From NCBI GenBank assembly GCA_963843515.1, contig CAWJKH010000009.1, forward strand, positions 7,472 through 71,471: a stretch of 64,000 nt of DNA, given 5' to 3'. Under the pieces are notes generated by a model. That model saw nothing but the letters and a program-made list of their open reading frames with translations. It was not told the DNA's origin and searched no databases. Source of the DNA: an uncultured Actinomycetota bacterium (GTDB taxonomy: Bacteria; Actinomycetota; Thermoleophilia; RBG-16-64-13). Positions 56,720 through 64,000 of the stretch are shown here, piece by piece (within the stretch, counting starts at the first letter, position 1; every line of letters begins with the position of its first letter). Made by a program: the position numbers and the translations under genes.

Positions 56720-57709
56720 CTACCCGGCCGCTTCTTCCAGTGCTTCGGCCACCGCATCCAAAGCCTCAGACGCGCCGATTTCCTCGGCGCCATCGGTGAC
56801 CTGGTCGACACCCTCTGTCTCCAACTCCTGTGCCACCTCGTCGGCCTCGGCGGCGAAGGCCGCTTCTTCCTCGCCGGCGGCCACGTTAAGCACGCCTGCG
56901 ATCGCCAGTTCATCGCTGCGTTCCGCCACCGCTTCGGCAGCCGCCATGCGGACCAACCCCTCGGCGATCTCTTCCGCGCCCATATCACCGACCTTGGCCC
57001 CCGTCGCTGCCATGGCCCGCGCCAGCGACCGAGTGGCTCCCGCCCGGATGATCGAATCCACGGCGAACAACCGCAGGGCGATGCTCTTGTCTTCCAGGAA
57101 AGCCGCCAGCACGGGCATGTCGCGCACCGCCACAAGATCGCTGGCCACCTGCAGCTGTCCGGCGACCGCGCCCAAATCCATGGCCCGCATGACGTCCTCG
57201 GCGCTTAGAGCAGCGACGACTGCCGACTGTATCCCGATGTCCTCGGATACTGCCAGGGCCTCGACTCCTTCGGCCATATCCACGGCACCGGCTTCGGCCA
57301 CGAACTCGCTCAGCCTGGCCAACCGCTCCGCGACGACGATCTGGTCGGCCCCGTGGGTCACGTCGACGGCAGCTGCGACGGCTGCTTCTCGGGACAGCTG
57401 TCGGGCTTCACTGGCGGCTTCGAGGGTGTCCGACCCTTCGATAAGGTCGGATATGCCTTCCGCCGCCGCGTCGCCGGCCATAGCCTCAACGGCGACCGCA
57501 GCCTCCTTCCGTTCCTTCTTGCCGGCCGCGGCCTTGTCGACCGGCTTGGCCGGGGCCCTTCTCGGAGCCTTCGCGGGAGCTTTGGCGGGGGCCTTTGCCG
57601 CAGCCTTGGCCGGGGCCTTTGTCGCAGCTTTGGCGGGGGCCTTCTCAGCGGTCTTGTCTGCGACCTTCTCCGGGGCCTTCTCCGGGGCCTTCTTGCTCCT
57701 TGCTGGCAT
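56720..57709 (-). CDS. protein with a histone-H1-like Lys/Ala/Pro-repeat N-terminus and an Ala/Glu-rich C-terminal region
   Basis: ATG at 57709 follows GAAGGAG. 'KKAPEKAPEKVADKTAEKAPAKAATKAPAKAAAKAPAKAPAKAP', then ~260 aa of acidic Ala-rich sequence. Confidence 0.65.
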   Translation of the reverse strand: MPARSKKAPEKAPEKVADKTAEKAPAKAATKAPAKAAAKAPAKAPAKAPRRAPAKPVDKAAAGKKERKEAAVAVEAMAGDAAAEGISDLIEGSDTLEAASEARQLSREAAVAAAVDVTHGADQIVVAERLARLSEFVAEAGAVDMAEGVEALAVSEDIGIQSAVVAALSAEDVMRAMDLGAVAGQLQVASDLVAVRDMPVLAAFLEDKSIALRLFAVDSIIRAGATRSLARAMAATGAKVGDMGAEEIAEGLVRMAAAEAVAERSDELAIAGVLNVAAGEEEAAFAAEADEVAQELETEGVDQVTDGAEEIGASEALDAVAEALEEAAG

Positions 57710-57915
57710 CGATGCTCCTTCCCCTGGGAACGTTGGTCGTTCGAACGCACGCGGTCCGCGCATGGGGCGGCCTTCTACCTCTTCAGAATAGACTAGCCGC
57801 GCCCGTGGGACCATGCGGGGGATCAAATGTGCAGGTTCTGGGGTTGAGTCGCCCGTGAAAAGGTATTCTTCGGCCGTTCCTCACTTTGTGTTGCGCGCCC
57901 GACTCGGGAGGCACG

Positions 57916-58563
57916 ATGTCCGAACATTGGATCGACGTCACGGTGGCCATCAGGCCGGGGACGGTGACCTGGCCCGGCGACACGGAGATCCAGGTCAGCC
58001 GGGTGCTGAGTCTCGATCGGGGTGATCCATGTACGCTGTCGCGGCTGCATATGAGCGCACACGCCGGCACACACATGGACGCGCCCGCGCACTTCGTGCG
58101 GGGCGGCGCAAGCATCGACCAGATGCCCGCCGACGCCGGCATCGGACCGGCGCGGGTGATCGCCATCTCGGCCACGCGGTCGATCACGGCGGAGGAACTC
58201 GCCGGGCACGACATCCGCCCCGGTGAGCGGGTGCTCCTGAAGACCCGTAACTCCGACCACGACTGGGAGACGGCCGCTTTCACCGAAGACTTCGTCCACC
58301 TCTCCCCTGCCGCCGCCGAGCATCTCGTGGAGCGGCGGGTGCGGCTTGTGGGCATCGACTATCTTTCGGTGGGCGGGCCCGGGGACGATGGAAGCGAGAC
58401 CCATCGGGTGCTGCTCGAGGCCGGCATTTGGATCGTGGAGGGGCTGCGATTAGGGGACGTCCCGCTTGGGCCGGTGGAGCTGGTCTGTCTACCGCTCAAG
58501 ATCGCCGGCGGCGATGGGGCCCCTTGCCGCGCCGTAATCCGGTCAACCGGCAACACTCGCTGA
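57916..58563 (+). CDS. cyclase-family protein (kynurenine formamidase-like)
   Basis: ATG follows GGGAGG. 'HAGTHMDAPAHF' (HxGTHxDxPxH) and 'GIDYLSVG'. Confidence 0.8.
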   Translation: MSEHWIDVTVAIRPGTVTWPGDTEIQVSRVLSLDRGDPCTLSRLHMSAHAGTHMDAPAHFVRGGASIDQMPADAGIGPARVIAISATRSITAEELAGHDIRPGERVLLKTRNSDHDWETAAFTEDFVHLSPAAAEHLVERRVRLVGIDYLSVGGPGDDGSETHRVLLEAGIWIVEGLRLGDVPLGPVELVCLPLKIAGGDGAPCRAVIRSTGNTR

Positions 58564-58572
58564 GCGTCCGGC

Positions 58573-59469
58573 CTAGGGCAAGGACCGGCCGGCCGGGACG
58601 GTCCCGGCGGCTGGGCTCGCCGACGTCTCCCGCAGCCCCCGCCCGAACAGGATGGCCGAGCCTGCCAGGATAATCACCATCCCCACGATCTCGAGCGGGG
58701 TGGGCTGCTCGCCCAGTTGGGCCCAGGAGAAGAGCAAGCCCATCACCGGGGTGGCCATGGTCCCAAGACCGGCGATACTGGCCGGCATGGCCCCCAGAAC
58801 GAACAGCCACAGGAAGGTCGCAAGGCACGACCCGACGAGAGTGGCGTACAGCAGCGCCCAGATGAAGTCGGCGGACCACACCGGCGGCTCCGCCTCCAGA
58901 AACACCGCTACCAGGATCAGTGGAACAGCGCCGAACAAAGTCTGCCACGCGCTCAGGCTGAGGACGTCCACGTCGTGATGCCGCCGCATGACCTTAGCGA
59001 CCATCGACCCGGCCGCCCAGCAGACCGCGCCGGCCAGAGCGAGCATCGCGCTCAGCACCCCGTGCAGCTTCCAGGGCTCGATGATCAACACCAGCCCGGT
59101 CAGCGCGAGACCGACCGATACCCATTGGGAGCCACGGAGCGTCTCGCCGAGAATGGGCCAGGCCATCAGCAGGATCCAGAACTGCCAGGTGTTGGCCAGG
59201 ATAGCCGTCCGGCCGGCCCCACCTGTCACCAAAGCGGCGATAGTGAGGCCGATGAAGCCGCTAGTCTGCAGAAGGCCGAGAGGGATGGTATATCTCGCCG
59301 CCTGCAGCCTGAGCGGGTGCCGCAGGACCGCGGCCAGGACAAGCAGAAGGATGCCTCCGGGGAGCGAGCGGAGAGCGGCAAACGTGAATGGCGGACAGTA
59401 TGCGACACCTATCTTGAGCGGCACCCAAGCGTAGCCCCAGATAAGTGGCAGAAGACCGAGCGCGACCAA
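58573..59469 (-). CDS. DMT-superfamily (EamA) transporter
   Basis: Ten TM helices in two EamA halves. Confidence 0.75.
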   Translation of the reverse strand: MVALGLLPLIWGYAWVPLKIGVAYCPPFTFAALRSLPGGILLLVLAAVLRHPLRLQAARYTIPLGLLQTSGFIGLTIAALVTGGAGRTAILANTWQFWILLMAWPILGETLRGSQWVSVGLALTGLVLIIEPWKLHGVLSAMLALAGAVCWAAGSMVAKVMRRHHDVDVLSLSAWQTLFGAVPLILVAVFLEAEPPVWSADFIWALLYATLVGSCLATFLWLFVLGAMPASIAGLGTMATPVMGLLFSWAQLGEQPTPLEIVGMVIILAGSAILFGRGLRETSASPAAGTVPAGRSLP

Positions 59470-59589
59470 TGGGAGATGGCGGCGCGAGTTGATGATGCCT
59501 CTCCTTCCACGGTCGCTGTGAGCGCCTCGGGGCCGGTACCTACCGGCCCCCTTGCGGGTCGCTGTTGCTGGCCGCGGCTCGGCCGCCGC

Positions 59590-59949
59590 TTAACCCATGG
59601 CTTTGCGCTTGAGTTCCTCGAACTCCGCGTCGCTGATGGCCCCGCTGTCCTTGAGCGCCTGCGCCTTGGCGATCTCATCCGCGGCCGAGTACCCGGCGGT
59701 CCGGCGCTGGTGGGTCTGCGTCTGCTCCATCATCTCTTTGTCCTGCGCCAGGTTCTTCGGCCTGGCGATGAGATAGATGAGTATCCCGATGAGGGGGATG
59801 AAGATGACGAGCACGGTCCAGCCGGCCTTGGCCCCCCCTCCGAGGTCACGCCGCCGGAAGATGTCTCCGAACACCATTATGAGCATCCAGAAGAACAGGA
59901 ACCACATGAAGAACACCAGCATCGACCAGAACACGTCCCAGACGCTCAT
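59590..59949 (-). CDS. PLD-nuclease-N-terminal (PLDc_N) membrane domain + SHOCT domain protein
   Basis: ATG at 59949 follows GGGGAGGAAG. 'WTVLVIFIPLIGILIYLI' and the C-terminal 'LKDSGAISDAEFEELKRKAMG'. Confidence 0.7.
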   Translation of the reverse strand: MSVWDVFWSMLVFFMWFLFFWMLIMVFGDIFRRRDLGGGAKAGWTVLVIFIPLIGILIYLIARPKNLAQDKEMMEQTQTHQRRTAGYSAADEIAKAQALKDSGAISDAEFEELKRKAMG

Positions 59950-60064
59950 GCTTCCTCCCCGCCGTTCTCCGTGGACTCTGGAGCCACGATACGTATAGGC
60001 ACCGGGCGGGTCAAGGGTTTTGATATGCTCAGGACGTCGCCGTCGTTCCGAAGGGGGTCTCGCC

Positions 60065-60955
60065 GTGGCCGAGGGTCGCTCGAAGAAGACCGGGTTCAGC
60101 AACGCGTACGAGATGTTCATTCTCGTGCTCACCGTGCTCTCGCTGGCCATCATGGTCTTGAACCTGATCCCGTTTTCCGACGCAACCCAGCAGCTCCTCC
60201 TGATTTACGACAACCTTATCTGTGTCATCTTCCTGGGCGACTTCGTCATGCGACTCAGGCGCGCCCCCACCCCCGGCCAGTACTTCTTCCGCGAGCGCGG
60301 CTGGCTCGACCTGCTGGGCTCCGTACCGGCTCTGGGAGTCTTCAAATATGCCGCACTTCTGCGTTTGGCCCGACTCAGTCGCCTGGCGAGGATCGCCCGT
60401 CTGCTTGGAGGTCAGAAGCGCGAAGAGATCGTGAAGGACGTGCTCGAGAACCGGGGACAGTACGCAGCCTTCATCACCGTGCTGGCCGCGGCGGTGGTAC
60501 TGGTGGTGTCGAGCATCGTAGTGCTTGCCTTCGAGAGCGCTCCGGGGGCCGACGGCAACATCACCACCGGGGGTGACGCCCTCTGGTGGGCGATCGTAAC
60601 CATGACCACCGTGGGATACGGGGACCACTTCCCGGTAACCATGGGCGGGCGCATCGCGGCGGTCTTCGTGATGTTCATGGGGGTCGGGATCATCGGCGCC
60701 CTGGCCAGCATCCTGGCGAGCTTCCTGGTGTCGCCGAGTCAGCCTGACTCGTCCGGAGAGGAGTCCGCGGGCGAAGCCGCGGGCGCGGAGGCGGGCGAGG
60801 CATCCGCGACGCCGGCCGGCTTAGCCGCTGCCACTTCCCCGGCAGGAGCCGGTCCCAGCCCGGCGGCGTCGCTCGCGGTGGAGGAGGAACTGCGCGCCGT
60901 CCGGGCGGAACTGGAGGCGTTGCGGCAGTTGATAGTTACCAAGGGAACAAGCTGA
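60065..60955 (+). CDS. voltage-sensor-containing potassium channel
   Basis: S4-like '[16 protein letters not shown]'. Selectivity filter 'TTVGYGD'. The start is uncertain (TTG at 60020 or GTG at 60065). Confidence 0.85.
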   Translation: MAEGRSKKTGFSNAYEMFILVLTVLSLAIMVLNLIPFSDATQQLLLIYDNLICVIFLGDFVMRLRRAPTPGQYFFRERGWLDLLGSVPALGVFKYAALLRLARLSRLARIARLLGGQKREEIVKDVLENRGQYAAFITVLAAAVVLVVSSIVVLAFESAPGADGNITTGGDALWWAIVTMTTVGYGDHFPVTMGGRIAAVFVMFMGVGIIGALASILASFLVSPSQPDSSGEESAGEAAGAEAGEASATPAGLAAATSPAGAGPSPAASLAVEEELRAVRAELEALRQLIVTKGTS

Positions 60956-60977
60956 GCTTGCGCTGCCCTGAAGAACC

Positions 60978-62276
60978 GTGGACACTCACAACATTCGCGC
61001 GGACACCCTCACCGCCTTCCACGTGATGGCGAAGCCCACGGGGGCGCGCTGCAATCTGGATTGCGCCTACTGCTTCTTCCTCAAGAAGGACCGTCTCTAT
61101 CCGGACAGTACGTTCCGGATGTCAGATGAGGTGCTGGAGGCCTACATTCGCCAGACGATCGAGGGGCACACCACCCCCGAGATCACCATCGCCTGGCAAG
61201 GCGGCGAGCCCACCCTCATGGGTGTCGACTTCTTCCGAAAGGCTGTGGAGTTGGAATTGAGATACGCGCCTCCCGGGGTGCGCTTCGAAAATACACTCCA
61301 GACAAACGGCGTCCTTCTTGACGACGAGTGGTGCGAGTTCCTCCGGGAGCACGGGTTCCTGGTGGGCCTCAGCCTGGACGGGCCCCGGGAGATGCACGAC
61401 GCCTACCGGCGGGACAAGCGAGGCGGGTCCGTCTTCGACAAAGTGGTCGGCGCCGCCCGCCTCCTGCAGAAGCACGGAGTGGAGTTCAACATCCTCTGCA
61501 CCGTGAATGCAGTCAACAGCCTCCATCCTCTGGAGGTCTACCGTTTCTTCCGCGACGAGATGCGGGCCCCTTACCTGCAGTTCATCCCCATCGTGGAGCG
61601 CGACAACGACACCGGCGACCAGGTGGGCGCAGCGCTCACCGACCGGTCGGTGGACGGGCAAGAATACGGCCGGTTCTTGATGGAGATCTTCGACGAATGG
61701 GTCCACCACGACGTGGGAAAGATGTTCGTGCTGTTCTTTGACGGCGTACTCGCAGCCTACGTCTACGGCGAATCCAGCCTTTGTGTGCTTCGCTCTGCCT
61801 GCGGCGACGGGGTGGCGCTGGAGCACACCGGTGACGTCTACTCCTGTGACCACTATGTGGAACCCGGCTGCCTGCTGGGGAACATCCTCGAGACGCCGTT
61901 GCGGGACCTGGTGCTATCGGACAAGCAGCGGGCCTTCGGCGACGCCAAGACCTCGACCCTCCCGAAGACCTGTCGCGTGTGTCGCTGGCTTTTCGCCTGC
62001 CATGGCGAATGCCCCAAGAACAGAGTGCTCACCACATCCGGAGGCGAGCCCGGGCTCAACTGGCTGTGCGAGGGGCTGCGGGCCTTTTTCGAGCATACCG
62101 AGCGCCCCATGCACCTGATGGCCGACCTGCTGCGGCAGGGCCGGCCGGCCGATGAGGTCATGGGCATTTTGGCCGAGGAGGAGCGACAGCGCGCCGCGCT
62201 CTTGGCGGCGGCCGGCCGCAACGACCCCTGCCCGTGCGGGAGCGGCCTGAAGTACAAGAAGTGCCACGGAGCCTGA
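60978..62276 (+). CDS. anaerobic sulfatase-maturase-like radical SAM/SPASM enzyme with a C-terminal SEC-C motif
   Basis: 'AKPTGARCNLDCAYCFF', 'WQGGEPTL', SPASM cysteines 'CVLRSACG...YSCDHY...CRVCRWLFACHGECPKNR', and the end 'CPCGSGLKYKKCHG'. Confidence 0.8.
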   Translation: MDTHNIRADTLTAFHVMAKPTGARCNLDCAYCFFLKKDRLYPDSTFRMSDEVLEAYIRQTIEGHTTPEITIAWQGGEPTLMGVDFFRKAVELELRYAPPGVRFENTLQTNGVLLDDEWCEFLREHGFLVGLSLDGPREMHDAYRRDKRGGSVFDKVVGAARLLQKHGVEFNILCTVNAVNSLHPLEVYRFFRDEMRAPYLQFIPIVERDNDTGDQVGAALTDRSVDGQEYGRFLMEIFDEWVHHDVGKMFVLFFDGVLAAYVYGESSLCVLRSACGDGVALEHTGDVYSCDHYVEPGCLLGNILETPLRDLVLSDKQRAFGDAKTSTLPKTCRVCRWLFACHGECPKNRVLTTSGGEPGLNWLCEGLRAFFEHTERPMHLMADLLRQGRPADEVMGILAEEERQRAALLAAAGRNDPCPCGSGLKYKKCHGA

Positions 62277-62464
62277 GCAGCCGACCGAGGTGGCGCGTGG
62301 CACTCCGCATCCCCGCAGCCACCGGGCGCGGCTCTGCCACGCGCGCCGGTCGCGGCGCACTTTCGCCGGCCTGTCCCACGCGCTACCCTAGAAAGCCAGA
62401 CCGCCCGGGGCCCATGCGGACTTCGGGCGTGGATCGGTCACTGACGGGACTCGAGGTGGCATTC

Positions 62465-63133
62465 ATGGAGCGGGAGGCGGTCGTATCTCGGCGCATCGAG
62501 CCACGGTGGGCGCCTTTGCTTGCGCTCGCCGTTCTCGTCGCCCTAACGACGCTGACCCATTCCCGGGTGCGACTGCTCCCCGTGTGGTTTCCCTACGCAG
62601 TGCTGGCCGTGGCTATCGTCCCCATGGCGCTTGTCCAACTCACCGGCGGAGGACGCCTCTGGCTTCGCGTGGAGCGAGTGACGACGCTGGTGGTGGTCGT
62701 GGTGGTCACCCCGGCCACGCTGGCCGGTTTGGTGAACATCATCCGCCTGATCCTGTCCCAGTCGGTGCAGATCAGCGGACAGCAGCTTCTTGCCTCGAGC
62801 ATCTTCGCGTGGATCACCAACGTGATCACGTTCTCCTTGCTGTACTGGTGGCTCGACCGGGGCGGACCCGAGGCCCGGGCGGCCGACGCGGGCATCAGGC
62901 CCGACTGGCATTTCCCACAGCACGACGTACCTGAAGAGGAGATACCTATCGGTTGGCGGCCTACTTACGTGGACTACCTGTTCCTGAGCTTCTCGACGTG
63001 CACTGCCTTCAGCACTACGGAAGTGTCGCCCTTGACCAAGCGGGCCAAGCTGCTCATGATGCTGGAAGCTTCCATTTCGCTCGTGACCATCACTGCGGTG
63101 GCCGCGCGGGCGATCAACGTGCTGGGTAGCTGA
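62465..63133 (+). CDS. DUF1345-like membrane protein
   Basis: ATG at 62465. Four or five TM helices. 'YLFLSFSTCTAFSTTEVSPLTKRAKLLMMLEASISL' resembles the DUF1345 core. Confidence 0.5.
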   Translation: MEREAVVSRRIEPRWAPLLALAVLVALTTLTHSRVRLLPVWFPYAVLAVAIVPMALVQLTGGGRLWLRVERVTTLVVVVVVTPATLAGLVNIIRLILSQSVQISGQQLLASSIFAWITNVITFSLLYWWLDRGGPEARAADAGIRPDWHFPQHDVPEEEIPIGWRPTYVDYLFLSFSTCTAFSTTEVSPLTKRAKLLMMLEASISLVTITAVAARAINVLGS

Positions 63134-63147
63134 CTGAGGGGGTGTCT

Positions 63148-64000
63148 GTGGGCGCGTTTCTGCTGCTGGCGGGCTTCATAGTCTTATTCGCTCTCGTGGC
63201 CGCACGCCTCGACTACCTGTGGATCACAGGCCCGATCGTGTTCATAGTGGTGGGCTTTGTGGCTGGCACGAAGGCGACCTCTCTGCTCGACTTGGGGACC
63301 GAATCAGAGATTATCCGCCTGGTAACGGAGATCACCCTTGCGTTGCTGCTTTTCGCCGACGCATCGAGCATAGACTTGCGGGCGCTGCGCAAGGATGCCT
63401 CGGTTATCGTCCTGTTGCTGTCGGTGGGGATCCTCCTGGCCATCGGCTTTGGGACGCTCGCGGCCTGGCTCCTCCTTCCCGCCCTGAGTCTGGGTCTGTG
63501 CGCCGTGGTCGCTTCCGTCCTTTGCCCCACCGACCTCTCCCTGGGTCTCGCCATGTTCAAGAACCCCCGCGTTCCGGAGCGAGTGCGCCGCGAGCTCAAC
63601 GTCGAGAGCGGGCTCAACGACGGCATCGCCACCCCGTTCGTCACCCTGTTCCTGGGCGTGGCCATAGCTGAGGCAGGACACAGCGGCCGCCCGATCGCGC
63701 AGGCGGTGGTGGACATCGCCATCGGCGTGGGCATCGGAATCGCGGTGGGCGCCGGCGGCGCCTTCCTCATGCGGCGGTCCATCCGCCGAGGCTGGTCGTC
63801 GGCCGCCTCCCGTCAGTTCGCAGCCGTGGCCCTGGCGCTGCTGGCCTACGGCGCTGCTGTGGCCTTGGAAGGGAACGGCTTTCTCGCGGCCTTTGTAGGC
63901 GGTCTGGCTTTCGGCGCGGTGAATCACAACGAGGCTGCCGAGTCAGTGGAGTATGCGGAGCAGACCGGGACACTGCTGACCCTGGCAGTGTGGTTCATAT
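63148..64000 (+). CDS. cation:proton antiporter (CPA1/NhaP-like), 3' end outside the window
   Basis: GTG follows GAGGGGG and the frame is open to the window end. 'LLLFADASSID', 'CPTD' and 'ESGLNDG' motifs. It is absent from the ORF track because there is no stop codon. Confidence 0.75.
   Translation, partial: MGAFLLLAGFIVLFALVAARLDYLWITGPIVFIVVGFVAGTKATSLLDLGTESEIIRLVTEITLALLLFADASSIDLRALRKDASVIVLLLSVGILLAIGFGTLAAWLLLPALSLGLCAVVASVLCPTDLSLGLAMFKNPRVPERVRRELNVESGLNDGIATPFVTLFLGVAIAEAGHSGRPIAQAVVDIAIGVGIGIAVGAGGAFLMRRSIRRGWSSAASRQFAAVALALLAYGAAVALEGNGFLAAFVGGLAFGAVNHNEAAESVEYAEQTGTLLTLAVWFI

Overview
64 kb of chromosomal DNA from a high-G+C bacterium. Lines I counted are about 68% G+C in housekeeping genes. 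GGAGG-type ribosome-binding sites are strong, Tat signals are common, and there is a PimB-like 'NDFPPRIGG' glycosyltransferase. Together these suggest Actinomycetota or a similar lineage, but I cannot assign taxonomy from the sequence alone. I support about 65 protein genes and one tRNA-Gln(CUG). I found no rRNA, CRISPR array, transposase or integrase. Most of the window is housekeeping or stress metabolism:
- glnS with tRNA-Gln next to it
- tatA
- a korDABC 2-oxoacid:ferredoxin oxidoreductase operon
- cysK
- two bacterioferritin-like genes
- an overlapping fur-family/catalase pair
- mntP
- an acyl-CoA synthetase
- a PsrABC/DmsABC-type molybdoenzyme operon
- an anSME-like radical SAM
- a K+ channel

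The region most worth a second look is 46.6-55.7 kb, where G+C is visibly lower (counted lines of 42-50%). It holds an orphan ~780-aa secreted/membrane protein and a B12-type radical SAM enzyme preceded by a 75-aa acidic peptide. It also holds a 1311-aa pseudo-receiver/wHTH/degenerate-cyclase/STAND-ATPase/TPR protein, and a divergently transcribed trio of small RBS-preceded ORFs, two of them paralogs and two with overlapping stop/start codons. None of these combine into a system I recognise.

Secondary candidates:
- a membrane-lipid cluster at 15.7-20.4 kb (a 525-aa radical SAM next to a GT4, a flippase-like protein and a PlsY-like protein)
- a bacterial ERG4/ERG24 sterol-reductase homolog with an SDR

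Caveat: at least ten apparent frame changes interrupt otherwise clear genes, and most are +1. Either the assembly carries indel errors or several genes are pseudogenes. Coordinates of the interrupted genes are therefore composite. All functional calls come from motif recognition by eye. I ran no database searches.
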